The translations under genes were made by a program, and so were the position numbers. Shown here one piece after another: positions 1 through 9,696 of a stretch of 64,000 nt of DNA. Under the pieces are notes generated by a model, which had not been told where the DNA came from, did not search any database, and saw nothing but the letters and a program-made list of their open reading frames with translations. The stretch is from positions 73,036 through 137,035 of the forward strand of contig JAQWHM010000015.1 in the NCBI GenBank assembly GCA_029249345.1, written 5' to 3'. The first letter of the stretch is position 1, and each line of letters begins with the position of its first letter. Origin of the DNA: Rhodothermales bacterium. Its GTDB lineage: Bacteria; Bacteroidota; Rhodothermia; Rhodothermales; UBA10348.

Positions 1-896
1 TCATCCACGGCCACGTCAGCCATCCATGCCACATTGTCCGCATCTCCTTTAAAGACTTCGGTCAGCGCCTTTGGTTGAACAGCATCTTGATCACTCAAAT
101 CGCGATCGAGCACATTCCCGTAGGAATCGTACAATGCCTGTCCGTCCATTATCCCGTGATAGATGGAATTATCAAAGTCGCGTGGATGCTGGTCGGTTGC
201 AACTACATGGATCTTGGACCCGTCGGCGTTACCATGGTATTTCATGTAAGGCCGTCCTTCGCTCTTTAGCAAGCGTCCGCCGTAGAGCCATACATTAGAG
301 TCCGCGTTGTAGACCGTAAAATTTGGATTCCAACCGCGCGTTCGAGCAAAGTTAAACAGTCGTTTGCTCACGCCTTCTCCAGCCGTGAGTAGGTTACTGT
401 ACGTTACACCGGCCTCTTCTTCGTAGACCACTTCAGGTCCCCATTGACTCGCGTCGTTGGGCTCAGAAAGTCGCATGTAGGCAAGGTTGTCTGAACCGTG
501 ACGAGCAAAGAGGGCCATGACTTGATCGTTTTCCATCTGGAATAAGGCCGCCACATTGTGATCATCCTGCCCCAAGCGATCATACAGTTCAACCATCCCC
601 ACTCGGCCGTCGTTTAGCCCATACCAATGCAAATCCAAGTCTCCTTGTTCGGTAGAATCTGAAATCGATGCAGAAATCGATGTAAATAACAAGACAGGAT
701 GTTCAGAATGACTCGCGTCAACAATCACACGTTCATCCTGAAACCAACACCAGGCACCATTTGGACTCGTTTCAGTGCCCGTAAAGGTGATCAAATCACC
801 ACGCACATAATTGGCTTCGTTGGCAACCTCACCACCTGTCGTGCAGCCAGCAACGACGAATAGGGCAAGCAGTACAATCAATTTTGATCTTGTCAT
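1..896 (-). CDS. Secreted lipoprotein, C-terminus cut by window edge; function unknown (possibly beta-propeller/BNR-like)
   Basis: Absent from the ORF track because it has no stop in the window. Hand translation of the minus strand gives ATG at 896-894 and an open frame to position 3 with no in-frame stop (298 codons). N-terminus MTRSKLIVLLALFVVAGCTTGG is a signal peptide plus lipobox. It lies 151 bp downstream of the TonB-dependent receptor on the same strand. Confidence 0.75.
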   Translation of the reverse strand, partial: MTRSKLIVLLALFVVAGCTTGGEVANEANYVRGDLITFTGTETSPNGAWCWFQDERVIVDASHSEHPVLLFTSISASISDSTEQGDLDLHWYGLNDGRVGMVELYDRLGQDDHNVAALFQMENDQVMALFARHGSDNLAYMRLSEPNDASQWGPEVVYEEEAGVTYSNLLTAGEGVSKRLFNFARTRGWNPNFTVYNADSNVWLYGGRLLKSEGRPYMKYHGNADGSKIHVVATDQHPRDFDNSIYHGIMDGQALYDSYGNVLDRDLSDQDAVQPKALTEVFKGDADNVAWMADVAVD

Positions 897-1047
897 TCGT
901 GTTCGGTGACGATGCCGTCAATGCCTCATGGATAGTGATTGGATGGAGACCATGACTAATATCTCGGCACACCAAGCGAATTCCAAGTTGCTAGGCCATA
1001 ATCGATGAACGTTTGCCGCTTTGGTACGATTTAGGCATGTCAAAGGG

Positions 1048-3114
1048 CTAGAAGTCGACTCTGACTCCAAATTGAAGGGTTCGACCAGGTGACGGCTCAA
1101 AATAACGACCGCCAAAAGCATTAATAACCAATGAGCCGATATACTGCGCATCGAGTAGGTTGGAGACATGTAAAAAAGGCCATACATGAACACCTTGGAC
1201 GTACAAGGATGTATACCCCATATTTAAATCCAGTACAACATAACCGTCATTTGATGTTTCGTTTTCGTTATCTGAATACATGTCTGACACCCATTCAACT
1301 GAAAGCTCTCCGGTGAAGCCCGAGTACATTGAGCTGAGTGCAGCCTGGAGGTGGTGTACTGGAATTCCCGGAATACGGTTGCCACCAAGCGCTGTAGTAC
1401 TGAGTTGGGTATCACTAAATACAAAATCACTTCCCGTGTAAGCCATTTGGAAGGCTGATGCGGATCCGAGCGCATGGTTCAATCCGATTTCTATGCCCCG
1501 ATGAGTGTTACGACCGGCATTTCGATAATAGGTTCGACCATCTTCATCTTGAAAGGGTAACAGTCGATCGGTGATTTGCATTGAAAAGGCAGCAACATCG
1601 AACGATGCGGCTCCCTTTTTGCCACGCGCTCCGAGTTCAATTCCACGCGTTTTTTGAGCCCCAACGTCGTCATTTAGCCCGGCACCTCCGGTCGGCTGAT
1701 TCACTAGCTCTGTCGTGGTGGGTGTTTCAAAAGCAGTCGAAGCATTGGTGTAAAGTTGGACCGATTCCCATTCATACGTTAGCCCAAGGGAGGGACTAAA
1801 GGCCGAAAAGGATCGATCACCCGAAAGGGTTTCATTTCCCGGAATATGATCGTCCAAGGAAAAGCGAATACCATCGATTCTGCCGGATCCTGAGACACGT
1901 ATCCTCGGCGAAAGTTGAACTTGAGCGGTGGCAAAAGCAGAGACGTTTCGCACGTTCTCCTGTTGATCCACTTCTATGTCTGAACCTGGAAATCCTTGTT
2001 CATTAGATACGTTGCGCCGCTTATCAGACTGAAGGGCAGCATCTATTCCAACCCCCCATCTCCACGTTTCTTCTTCGCGTTCCAACTGGATTCGAGTACC
2101 AGCGACCTGCCGATCAAGGTCGATGAAGGTAAACGACAATGGATTATCCAGCATTCTGGAAATCCCGTAGGCAGTAACAGATAATAATCCGGATCGAGTC
2201 TGTTTAAAAAGTGTCGCACCCACTTGGATCTGCTGGCTCTCTTTTCCGGCACGCGTACTGACATTTCGCGCATTTGCCCCGCGCCGATTCGTTCCAATTT
2301 GGGCAGTTGTGAGAGAGCCAGGAGACTCGGTGTCCTGCACAGCTAAAGCGGCCATAAGGCGGAGTTGAGAAGTGGGGCCTAGATCCACTAACGCATTGAT
2401 CCCGGAACGAATAAATGACCCTTCTGAGTAGTCCCGGTAGCCTTCTTGCTGAACGCGTGATAGATATCCCTGAAGCCGATGGCGGCCAAGGGGAACAGCG
2501 ATTTCAGCCGAGCCTTGACGTGTTCCATAACTTCCCGTCATGGCTCGTATCCCAAATGAACTTGAATCTTGAAAAGCATGCGTGGATAGCATCAGAACGC
2601 CCCCGCTACCGTTACCCCAAAAAGTGGACGACGGGCCTCGAACGACTTCGGCCTGTCTGATGAAGGCCGGATCGATAATATCCAGCATCCCTTGTCCGTC
2701 GGGCAGTGTAAGCGGGATACCATCTAGTAGTACCTGAACGCCTCGAACACCAAAGGCGGATCGCCACCCCATGCCTCGAATAATGAGACGTTCTCCTAGG
2801 GCGAAATGTCCTCTGTTATTGATCCAAACGCCGGGAAGTGTCTTCAAAACGCTCTGAAGCGACAAGCCGGGTTGGAAGGCTACCACTTCCAACGGTCTAA
2901 ACAAGAGCGAAGACGCATACGGAGCATTGATAGATTGCCCACTCGCGCGGAGTGCACCGATCTGAATTTCGGAAAGAGCAATCGTCGTATCCGCTTGCTG
3001 GATTTGGCCCTGAGCAGGTAGTACCCCAATGCAAAACAGCACGAGTGAAATACGCGAAATCCATTTCGAATTAGAGCGTTTTGAAGAGGCCGTTTGGGCA
3101 GATTGATGCGTCAA
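1048..3114 (-). CDS. TonB-dependent outer-membrane receptor
   Basis: 688-aa ORF. Signal peptide, plug-domain motifs (GERLIIRGMG, VVRGPSSTFWGNGSGGVLMLST), long barrel region and a C-terminal ...QFGVRVDF aromatic terminus. The track start is a TTG. Confidence 0.9.
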   Translation of the reverse strand: MTHQSAQTASSKRSNSKWISRISLVLFCIGVLPAQGQIQQADTTIALSEIQIGALRASGQSINAPYASSLLFRPLEVVAFQPGLSLQSVLKTLPGVWINNRGHFALGERLIIRGMGWRSAFGVRGVQVLLDGIPLTLPDGQGMLDIIDPAFIRQAEVVRGPSSTFWGNGSGGVLMLSTHAFQDSSSFGIRAMTGSYGTRQGSAEIAVPLGRHRLQGYLSRVQQEGYRDYSEGSFIRSGINALVDLGPTSQLRLMAALAVQDTESPGSLTTAQIGTNRRGANARNVSTRAGKESQQIQVGATLFKQTRSGLLSVTAYGISRMLDNPLSFTFIDLDRQVAGTRIQLEREEETWRWGVGIDAALQSDKRRNVSNEQGFPGSDIEVDQQENVRNVSAFATAQVQLSPRIRVSGSGRIDGIRFSLDDHIPGNETLSGDRSFSAFSPSLGLTYEWESVQLYTNASTAFETPTTTELVNQPTGGAGLNDDVGAQKTRGIELGARGKKGAASFDVAAFSMQITDRLLPFQDEDGRTYYRNAGRNTHRGIEIGLNHALGSASAFQMAYTGSDFVFSDTQLSTTALGGNRIPGIPVHHLQAALSSMYSGFTGELSVEWVSDMYSDNENETSNDGYVVLDLNMGYTSLYVQGVHVWPFLHVSNLLDAQYIGSLVINAFGGRYFEPSPGRTLQFGVRVDF

Positions 3115-3301
3115 AGGAGGTCAAGGTTGATGACTAGAAAGCAAAATGAAAGATAAGCATCCTTTCCTTTTCGGGATCGAATTCAGTGCGAACCATCTCG
3201 CTTGGCGTGTTACGGTGAGGGCGTAGTTTTAGTCCTCGTCGGCGAAGAACGATTTCGTAAGTTTTGAGAACGTTTACGAGGTATTTTTTCCCGACATCAG
3301 G

Positions 3302-5572
3302 GTGCGCAGATCAAATCCGTCGGAGTATCCGTTTTGCCTATCAACAATATTACGCTTTATGGCCTCTTTACTTTGGTTTAATGTGATCACCGCATTCGTT
3401 TTTATCCTGATTATGCCCATGCGGGTCGAAGCCCAAGAAACACGGCATGTGTTTCGGGCGCTCGTGCAGGATGCCCATGAAGGGTACGCCATAAGTGGAG
3501 TTAATGTGAGTCTGGAGGGGTCGTCGATAGGAGCCGCAACGGATTCAGAGGGAAAGGTGTCTATTTCAGGGATTCCGTCAGGTGAACAGACATTTCAGTT
3601 TTCATTTATCGGATTTGAGCAAGTACGGCTCACGCTTACGTTTCCTTTAGCGGATAGGGACGAAGTGTTTCTTGTTCTACTAGAAGAGGCACATGATGAG
3701 TTGGAAGAAATAGCGGTGACCGCAACCCGAACAAGTCGAACCATTGCTGATCAAGCGACTCGAATTGAAACGATTGCGGGTGAGGAGATCGAAGAAAAAA
3801 TTTCCATGGAGCCGTCAAATATCTCCATGCTGCTTAATGAGTCTCCGGGCATTACCGTGCAGCAGACATCCGCTGTTTCTGGCGGGGCTTCCATTCGGAT
3901 ACAAGGACTGGATGGAAGGTATACTCAGATCTTGAAAGACGGTTTTCCATTGTATGGAGGATTTTCAGGTGGTTTGTCTCTGCTTCAGGTACCGCCGCTG
4001 GACTTACGGCAGGTTGAGATCATTAAGGGACCATCCTCTACATTTTATGGGGGAGATGCTATTGCCGGCCTAGTCAATTTGGTATCAAAGGGACCTTCAG
4101 CTGAACCTGAATTATCACTCCTCTCTAATTTGACCACTGCGGGGGGTATGGACCTGGGTGGGTTTTATCGAGCCCGAAATGAACGGATAGGTACAACCGT
4201 TCTAGTATCGGCCAATACGCAAAAAGCGTACGATCCCGATGATGATGCGTTTTCGAATTTACCAGAGACGCGTCGACTTACGCTCAATCCGAAGGTCTTC
4301 TTTTATCCCTCGAGCAAGACGATCTATTCATTTGGGGTGTCCGCTACGATTGAAGAGCGGGAAGGAGGAGATATTCAGGTCTTGAACAATGGGGTTAGTG
4401 CAAATCGTACGTTTTTTGAAACGAATACTTCTAAGCGACTTTCCTCTCAAGCTAGGATGGATCACCAGCTGACGCAGGATTTGGGTATCACTATCAAAAA
4501 TAGTGTTAGCCTGTTCGACCGCTCTATTGAAGTGCCAGACTATAGATTTGAAGGGCAACAGATAGCCTCGTACTCGGAAGCATCTGCCTTAATGACTCGA
4601 GGACCGCATCAGATTAGCATTGGTCTCGATTTGCGTAGTGATGCCTTCCGGGAGGACGTAGGGCCAGCTGGCTCGAAACGGGATTACACCTACACCAGTG
4701 CCGGTTTGTTTGCCCAAGATACGTGGGATTATTCAGAGAGGGCGGTTGTGGAGGCGGGTGTTCGAGTAGATCGTCACAATACGTTTGGGTCCTTCGTTCT
4801 TCCCAAAGCCTCTATTCTGTATCGAGTTTCTGACAAACTGAGTGCACGAATAGGGGCGGGGCTTGGGTACAAGGCACCAACTGTATTTCTTGAACCGTCC
4901 GAGGAGCGTGCTTTTCGCAACGTGATTCCACTTTCATCGACTGCGCAAGCCGAGACATCCCGCGGCGGGAGCATTGACGTTAACTACAGAACGTTGTTGT
5001 TCGACCGACTGGCTGTATCATTTAACCAAGCGTTTTATTTCACCGACTTGCAGCGTCCGCTCATCCCCGTTTTTGAGACGATTGCCGGCCAACCCGATGG
5101 GTCACTTTCGTACGAGAATGCAGATGGGGAAATTCAAACGCGGGCATTCGAAACGAACGCCAAGTTTGCCCTTAGTGACTTCAAGCTTTTCCTGGGATAC
5201 GTCAACTTGAGCGCACGAACTGGATTTGAAACAGGGTCAGTTTCATTACCATTAACACCTCAGCATAAGACCTATACCGTTTTGGTATACGAAAAGCATG
5301 GAAAAGGCCGCATCGGTCTCGAAGCGTACTACACCGGACAGCAGCGACTCATGGATGGCTCCGATTCCGATGGCTTTTGGATTCTAGGCGTGATGGCAGA
5401 AAGGCGACTCGGCAAATCCAGCCTCTTTCTGAATTTTGAAAACTTCCTGGACACGATGCAAAGCAACTATGCTCCTGTCGTCCTGGGAACGCGCCAAAAC
5501 CCTCGTTTTGATGATATTTGGGCCCCCATGGACGGATTTATCATCAATGGGGGTATTAAATACACGCTGTAG
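3302..5572 (+). CDS. TonB-dependent receptor with N-terminal carboxypeptidase-regulatory-like domain
   Basis: 756-aa ORF. CarboxypepD_reg-like segment (VNVSLEGSSIGAATDSEGKVSISGIPSGEQTFQFSFIGFE), plug motifs (IRIQGLDGRYTQILKDGFPLYGG, IIKGPSSTFYGGDAIAGLVNLVSK) and a barrel ending ...GGIKYTL. The track start is GTG 3302; ATG at 3359 (MASLLWFNVITAFVFILIMP...) is the more likely start. Confidence 0.9.
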   Translation: MRRSNPSEYPFCLSTILRFMASLLWFNVITAFVFILIMPMRVEAQETRHVFRALVQDAHEGYAISGVNVSLEGSSIGAATDSEGKVSISGIPSGEQTFQFSFIGFEQVRLTLTFPLADRDEVFLVLLEEAHDELEEIAVTATRTSRTIADQATRIETIAGEEIEEKISMEPSNISMLLNESPGITVQQTSAVSGGASIRIQGLDGRYTQILKDGFPLYGGFSGGLSLLQVPPLDLRQVEIIKGPSSTFYGGDAIAGLVNLVSKGPSAEPELSLLSNLTTAGGMDLGGFYRARNERIGTTVLVSANTQKAYDPDDDAFSNLPETRRLTLNPKVFFYPSSKTIYSFGVSATIEEREGGDIQVLNNGVSANRTFFETNTSKRLSSQARMDHQLTQDLGITIKNSVSLFDRSIEVPDYRFEGQQIASYSEASALMTRGPHQISIGLDLRSDAFREDVGPAGSKRDYTYTSAGLFAQDTWDYSERAVVEAGVRVDRHNTFGSFVLPKASILYRVSDKLSARIGAGLGYKAPTVFLEPSEERAFRNVIPLSSTAQAETSRGGSIDVNYRTLLFDRLAVSFNQAFYFTDLQRPLIPVFETIAGQPDGSLSYENADGEIQTRAFETNAKFALSDFKLFLGYVNLSARTGFETGSVSLPLTPQHKTYTVLVYEKHGKGRIGLEAYYTGQQRLMDGSDSDGFWILGVMAERRLGKSSLFLNFENFLDTMQSNYAPVVLGTRQNPRFDDIWAPMDGFIINGGIKYTL

Positions 5573-5584
5573 AGTAGGAATAGT

Positions 5585-7993
5585 CTAGAAAGCGTCTTTC
5601 TTTTTACGGAGTAGAAAAGCGCCCTCTTGCAGGCTAGTTACCAGAACTGTTCCACTTTCGAAGAAAGGATAGGTGCTCCAGGCTCCACTGAACCCAGGTC
5701 CTTCTAGATAGGGTGAGGTGTCAAAAAATCCAGCTTCTACAGGATTTTCTGGATCTGTGATGTCCAAAACGTGCATGCCGTACCGGTAGTTTGCTTGGTA
5801 AGCAAAGCCGTCCTTCAGGTATAGGTTGTGCGCGCTCGCGGGCATGGTGCCCATAAACTCATTGATTAGGATGGGGTCTTCAAGGTCCGTCAAATCCCAG
5901 ACTAAGGTCCGAGTCGTTTCCACGCTGCCTCGCACGAGGTCTGCCTCATCGTCTTGGTAGAAGTACTTATGGTCATCGGTCAACCAACCTTGGTGGATAT
6001 ACCCTGCATTGGGAGACGATGCGGTTGAAATCGTCTGGGGATTCGCTTTGTCCGTCACGTCCATGATCTCGAAATAAGCACCGTTTGAATTCAGGCACAA
6101 CTCATTTCCAGTATAGCGCTGGTCCGGTCCGTTGTAGGTGACGCACTGAGCATCATGTGTACCGTTCTCTCCACCTTTTGAGCATCCCTTAAATATTGGA
6201 TTCAGCGGGTCAGCAATATCCATCATATATAAACCTCCGCCACAAGTCGGGCCATCGACGGTGTAGGCATACCCGGTTACTTCATTGATAATGATATTGT
6301 GGGAGCTGGCGATGTCCGTATAGTGGAGGTCGGGTTCAAACAAGGCCGGAATGTCCGTGACTTCCCTTAAGCGTGAGAGGTCGAAGACCTGCATGCCATG
6401 ATCACCTGCTCCATCGGCAACGATGAATGCGTGATCCTTGTATGTTTTGATGTCGCGCCAAAGCTGCGACGGAGGCGTTCCCCAAGGTTTGGGTAGGTCA
6501 CCAATCAAGACGGGCATGGATGGATTGGTTATATCTATGAAGGACGTTCCATCGTTTCTGCCAACAAGAGCATATTCGCGCTTGGTTTCAGGGTCGGTCC
6601 AGCCCCAATTGTCATTTGTTCGAACGCCCCTTGCATTCTCGGGTGCGCGTAGAATCGAATTGGGGAGGTAGGCTAAGAGTTCAACCTCATCGCAGGAGAA
6701 AGGCCCAATTTTCCCATCAATACATTCCTTTTTTTCACCCAAAATCGCTCCTAAAGCATCTGGAGGGCCGACGAGCAGTTGACCTTCGGGTGTCTGCTCG
6801 GAGTACATGAACACGGCACCTGATTGGTGATGCATACCCGGCGACATCACAGCTACAACTCCATCGCGCGCAACGATAGACTGTCCAAATGCGTCCCGCT
6901 CAACCGTGTTCTTTAATTCAATTTTTCTAGGACTATCAGTAAGCGAACCGTCTGGATGGGTACTGAACACCCAAGTTGAACCGGTCAGGTTTTCGCGTAG
7001 AGTTGGCGCGCCGATCCATACTTCAGAGCCAGAGAAGTCAAGTCCACTGCCAAAGCGGTCACCTTCCTGACCCTGGTCTAAGGCGATGCTGTCTGTGAGC
7101 GTCCAGTTATCCCCGATAGCAGGACGCGTGTAGTGAAAAACAGCTCCTTGGCTTTCATTCATACCAGGAGCCCCAATCAATAGTTGATTGTCCCCCATGG
7201 CAATCTCACTTCCAAAATGAGCAGCAGGGTGAGGCTTAGCATGAAGATGAGTGTCTTCGATCCACGTATCGTCTTGGAGTTTGAACCGCGTTACTTGCCC
7301 TACATCTTCCAATCCAGATGCTTCATCGTCCCATCGCGGTGCACCTATGAGGGCTTGCCCGTTTTCAATATGAATCGTAGCACCAAAGCGGTCCCCATCA
7401 TTTCCATTGGATAGCGCGAGACTCGAGTGCTCTGTCCACTGCCCATCGGCTCCCTTGAAGTATGCAAATACAACGCCCTTTGGCAAGATGACTTCTTCTT
7501 CAGTGCGTCGGCTTCGGGCGGGAAGTGCACCCGGTGATCCCACAAACAACCAATCACCAGCAGCAGCTAAGGCAATCCCAAAGTCAGTTCCGCAGTATCC
7601 GTACTGGTTGCAACCGGGATCAATCCCTAATGTGCCTTTTCCCTCAATACTACCTTCGGAGTGCCATCCATTTTCTCCTTTATTGAAAACGTGTACGGGT
7701 CCGTTTCGTTGACCAACGAAGACCGTGTTTCCAGTTCGAGCGAGGACGGTTCCAAATCCGTCTGCGCGCTCAGCATTCGGAGCAGTCAGGCGTTGAACGA
7801 GTTCCCAAACTCCACTTTCTTGTTTATAGACATAGACAGATCCCTCCCTAAACATCGTGTTGGGTTCTCCCACAAGGAGTTCATTCTGATCTAGAACGAC
7901 TGCATTTCCGAAAGAACCGGATTGCGCTTCAACTTGGTGAGGAACGAGGAGAAATAGGATCAGAATCGCAGGCAAAAAGACGCATCTAGACAT
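5585..7993 (-). CDS. Secreted FG-GAP-repeat (integrin-alpha-like propeller) / choice-of-anchor-B (LVIVD-type propeller) fusion protein
   Basis: 802 aa with signal peptide ...VPHQVEAQ. The N-terminal half has about 6-7 repeats of the pattern (D)xFGxxxAxxGxxLxVGAPG (DGFGTVLARTGNTVFVGQ, GDRFGATIHIENGQALIGAP, HFGSEIAMGDNQLLIGAPG, GDRFGSGLDFSGSEVWIGAP, DAFGQSIVARDGVVAVMSPG). The C-terminal half (WGWTDPETKREYALVGRNDGTSFIDITNPSMPVLIGDLP, WRDIKTYKDHAFIVADG, MQVFDLSRL, GLYMMDIADPLNP) matches my memory of the choice-of-anchor B / LVIVD family. Confidence 0.8.
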   Translation of the reverse strand: MSRCVFLPAILILFLLVPHQVEAQSGSFGNAVVLDQNELLVGEPNTMFREGSVYVYKQESGVWELVQRLTAPNAERADGFGTVLARTGNTVFVGQRNGPVHVFNKGENGWHSEGSIEGKGTLGIDPGCNQYGYCGTDFGIALAAAGDWLFVGSPGALPARSRRTEEEVILPKGVVFAYFKGADGQWTEHSSLALSNGNDGDRFGATIHIENGQALIGAPRWDDEASGLEDVGQVTRFKLQDDTWIEDTHLHAKPHPAAHFGSEIAMGDNQLLIGAPGMNESQGAVFHYTRPAIGDNWTLTDSIALDQGQEGDRFGSGLDFSGSEVWIGAPTLRENLTGSTWVFSTHPDGSLTDSPRKIELKNTVERDAFGQSIVARDGVVAVMSPGMHHQSGAVFMYSEQTPEGQLLVGPPDALGAILGEKKECIDGKIGPFSCDEVELLAYLPNSILRAPENARGVRTNDNWGWTDPETKREYALVGRNDGTSFIDITNPSMPVLIGDLPKPWGTPPSQLWRDIKTYKDHAFIVADGAGDHGMQVFDLSRLREVTDIPALFEPDLHYTDIASSHNIIINEVTGYAYTVDGPTCGGGLYMMDIADPLNPIFKGCSKGGENGTHDAQCVTYNGPDQRYTGNELCLNSNGAYFEIMDVTDKANPQTISTASSPNAGYIHQGWLTDDHKYFYQDDEADLVRGSVETTRTLVWDLTDLEDPILINEFMGTMPASAHNLYLKDGFAYQANYRYGMHVLDITDPENPVEAGFFDTSPYLEGPGFSGAWSTYPFFESGTVLVTSLQEGAFLLRKKKDAF

Positions 7994-8285
7994 GAGGATC
8001 GGGGGTTGATTCAGCTCCCAATCTCGATCATATGATTGGATTTAGTCAAATGGAAATCGAAAAAACACACCTATCACCCTATTACTGGTGGGTTAGTTGT
8101 ACCTCAAAAACCGATTTTTCAGATGGTAGAGGCCTTGAATACTCTCGGGATCAAGGAGCTACAGCATATCGATGCGTCTCATCAAGGCTTCTTTGAACGA
8201 TGCACCAATGGGAATAACCTTCTTGCCGATGGCAATGGACGAATCTTGAATGTCAGTGATTTTATCAAACCGAACGATAAAGGAC

Positions 8286-8861
8286 CTAATAGGAGGCAAT
8301 TAACAATTTCAGAATGGTCCAGGTTTGTTCTGAAAGCAGAACATCGTTCCATCCGTAGGCAGACTGAATAACGCTCACGTTAGCGATGGTCGCTACGCTG
8401 ATCCAGCCAAAATAAATACTAAATGGCAACGCGATGAGAACATAATCGGTGCCTCCTCGAAGTGAAGCATCGCGGCTAATGAGAGTGTTGATCTGAATTA
8501 ACGTCCAGAGTATAACCAACATGATCCCCATAGACAGGAATAATTGATCGTAATGCCAGGCTACAATCCAGCCGGCATTGGCTAAGCAATTCACAAGGAA
8601 AGGCGTCTTAATCTTCGATAAGGCATATGGGTCCGAAGCACGCACAAACCATTGTCGGACAATGAATGCCGTCAGTCCGAGATAGATGATTCCCCAAATG
8701 GCAAACGTAAAGCCTGCCGGTGTAAACAAGGACTCATATCTATCTGATATTTCACCGGTTGTTTGGCCTCCTAACGGAAGGGCATTCGCCAAGAAATTGA
8801 AGAGGATAGCCACGAAGAATGCGACAGTGCTCCCCAGACGGTCTTGAAGACTTCTAGCCAT
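8286..8861 (-). CDS. TspO/MBR-related tryptophan-rich membrane protein
   Basis: 191 aa, about 5 TM helices and Trp-rich. The N-terminal pattern FNFLANALPLGGQTTGEISDRYESLFTPAGFTFAIWGIIY is typical of the TspO-related family in Bacteroidota. Confidence 0.7.
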   Translation of the reverse strand: MARSLQDRLGSTVAFFVAILFNFLANALPLGGQTTGEISDRYESLFTPAGFTFAIWGIIYLGLTAFIVRQWFVRASDPYALSKIKTPFLVNCLANAGWIVAWHYDQLFLSMGIMLVILWTLIQINTLISRDASLRGGTDYVLIALPFSIYFGWISVATIANVSVIQSAYGWNDVLLSEQTWTILKLLIASY

Positions 8862-8920
8862 AACGGTGGACGATGTTCAATGCCGTTGCTACATGCACCA
8901 GGGTTATCGTTCAGGACGAT

Positions 8921-9673
8921 TTATCCCAGCATAGCTTTCATGTACTCGCGTCGCATCATCGCGATAGACGAAATAGAGATACCTTTTGGGCAAACGGCTT
9001 CACATTCAGCATGATTGGAACAGTCCCCAAATCCTTCGGCCTCCATCTGATCTACCATAGTCATGACGCGTGTTTTTCTCTCGGGTGCCCCCTGAGGGAG
9101 TAAGGCAAACTGCGAGATTTTGGCAGCGGTAAATAAGGATGCTGAAGCATTTGGACAGGCGGCTACGCAGGCGCCGCAACCGATGCACGATGCATAATCC
9201 ATAGCCAAGTCAGCATTCTGCTTTGGTATCGGCAGTGAGTTGGCATCTTGGGCTGCCCCTGCGTTAACAGAAACGTATCCGCCAGCGCCTACAATGCGAT
9301 CAAAAGCGGAACGATCGACAACAAGATCTTTGACGATTGGAAAGGCCTCTGCACGCCACGGCTCGATCACAATCGTGTCACCGTCGCGGTAATGACGCAT
9401 ATGGAGCTGACAGCAGGCTGTGCGTTTCTGCGGACCGTGCGCAACGCCGTCCACGACGACGCCACACATACCACAGATTCCCTCGCGGCAGTCGTTGTCA
9501 AACTCGATAGGTGCTATACCGTCTTTGATCAACTGTTCGTTGAGTACGTCTAGTAACTCAAGGAAGGACATGTGAGGGTTGGCTTCAGGGACGGTGTAGG
9601 TCTCAAATTGACCTTTAGATTTTGGTCCCGCCTGGCGCCAGACTTTCAATTTGATATTCATGCTTTGTGACAT
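8921..9673 (-). CDS. sdhB: Succinate dehydrogenase / fumarate reductase iron-sulfur subunit
   Basis: 250 aa with three Cys clusters ([10 protein letters not shown]; [12 protein letters not shown]; [15 protein letters not shown]). It sits directly downstream of sdhA. Confidence 0.95.
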   Translation of the reverse strand: MSQSMNIKLKVWRQAGPKSKGQFETYTVPEANPHMSFLELLDVLNEQLIKDGIAPIEFDNDCREGICGMCGVVVDGVAHGPQKRTACCQLHMRHYRDGDTIVIEPWRAEAFPIVKDLVVDRSAFDRIVGAGGYVSVNAGAAQDANSLPIPKQNADLAMDYASCIGCGACVAACPNASASLFTAAKISQFALLPQGAPERKTRVMTMVDQMEAEGFGDCSNHAECEAVCPKGISISSIAMMRREYMKAMLG

Positions 9674-9696
9674 AATCAGAATGGTTTGGCGCTCGC

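Noticed and set aside
3115-3301. Possible Fur box or cobalamin riboswitch between the divergent TonB-dependent receptor genes
   Set aside because: I found no convincing match to the Fur consensus (GATAATGATAATCATTATC) or to the B12-box/cobalamin riboswitch core on either strand. This cannot be excluded without a covariance-model scan.
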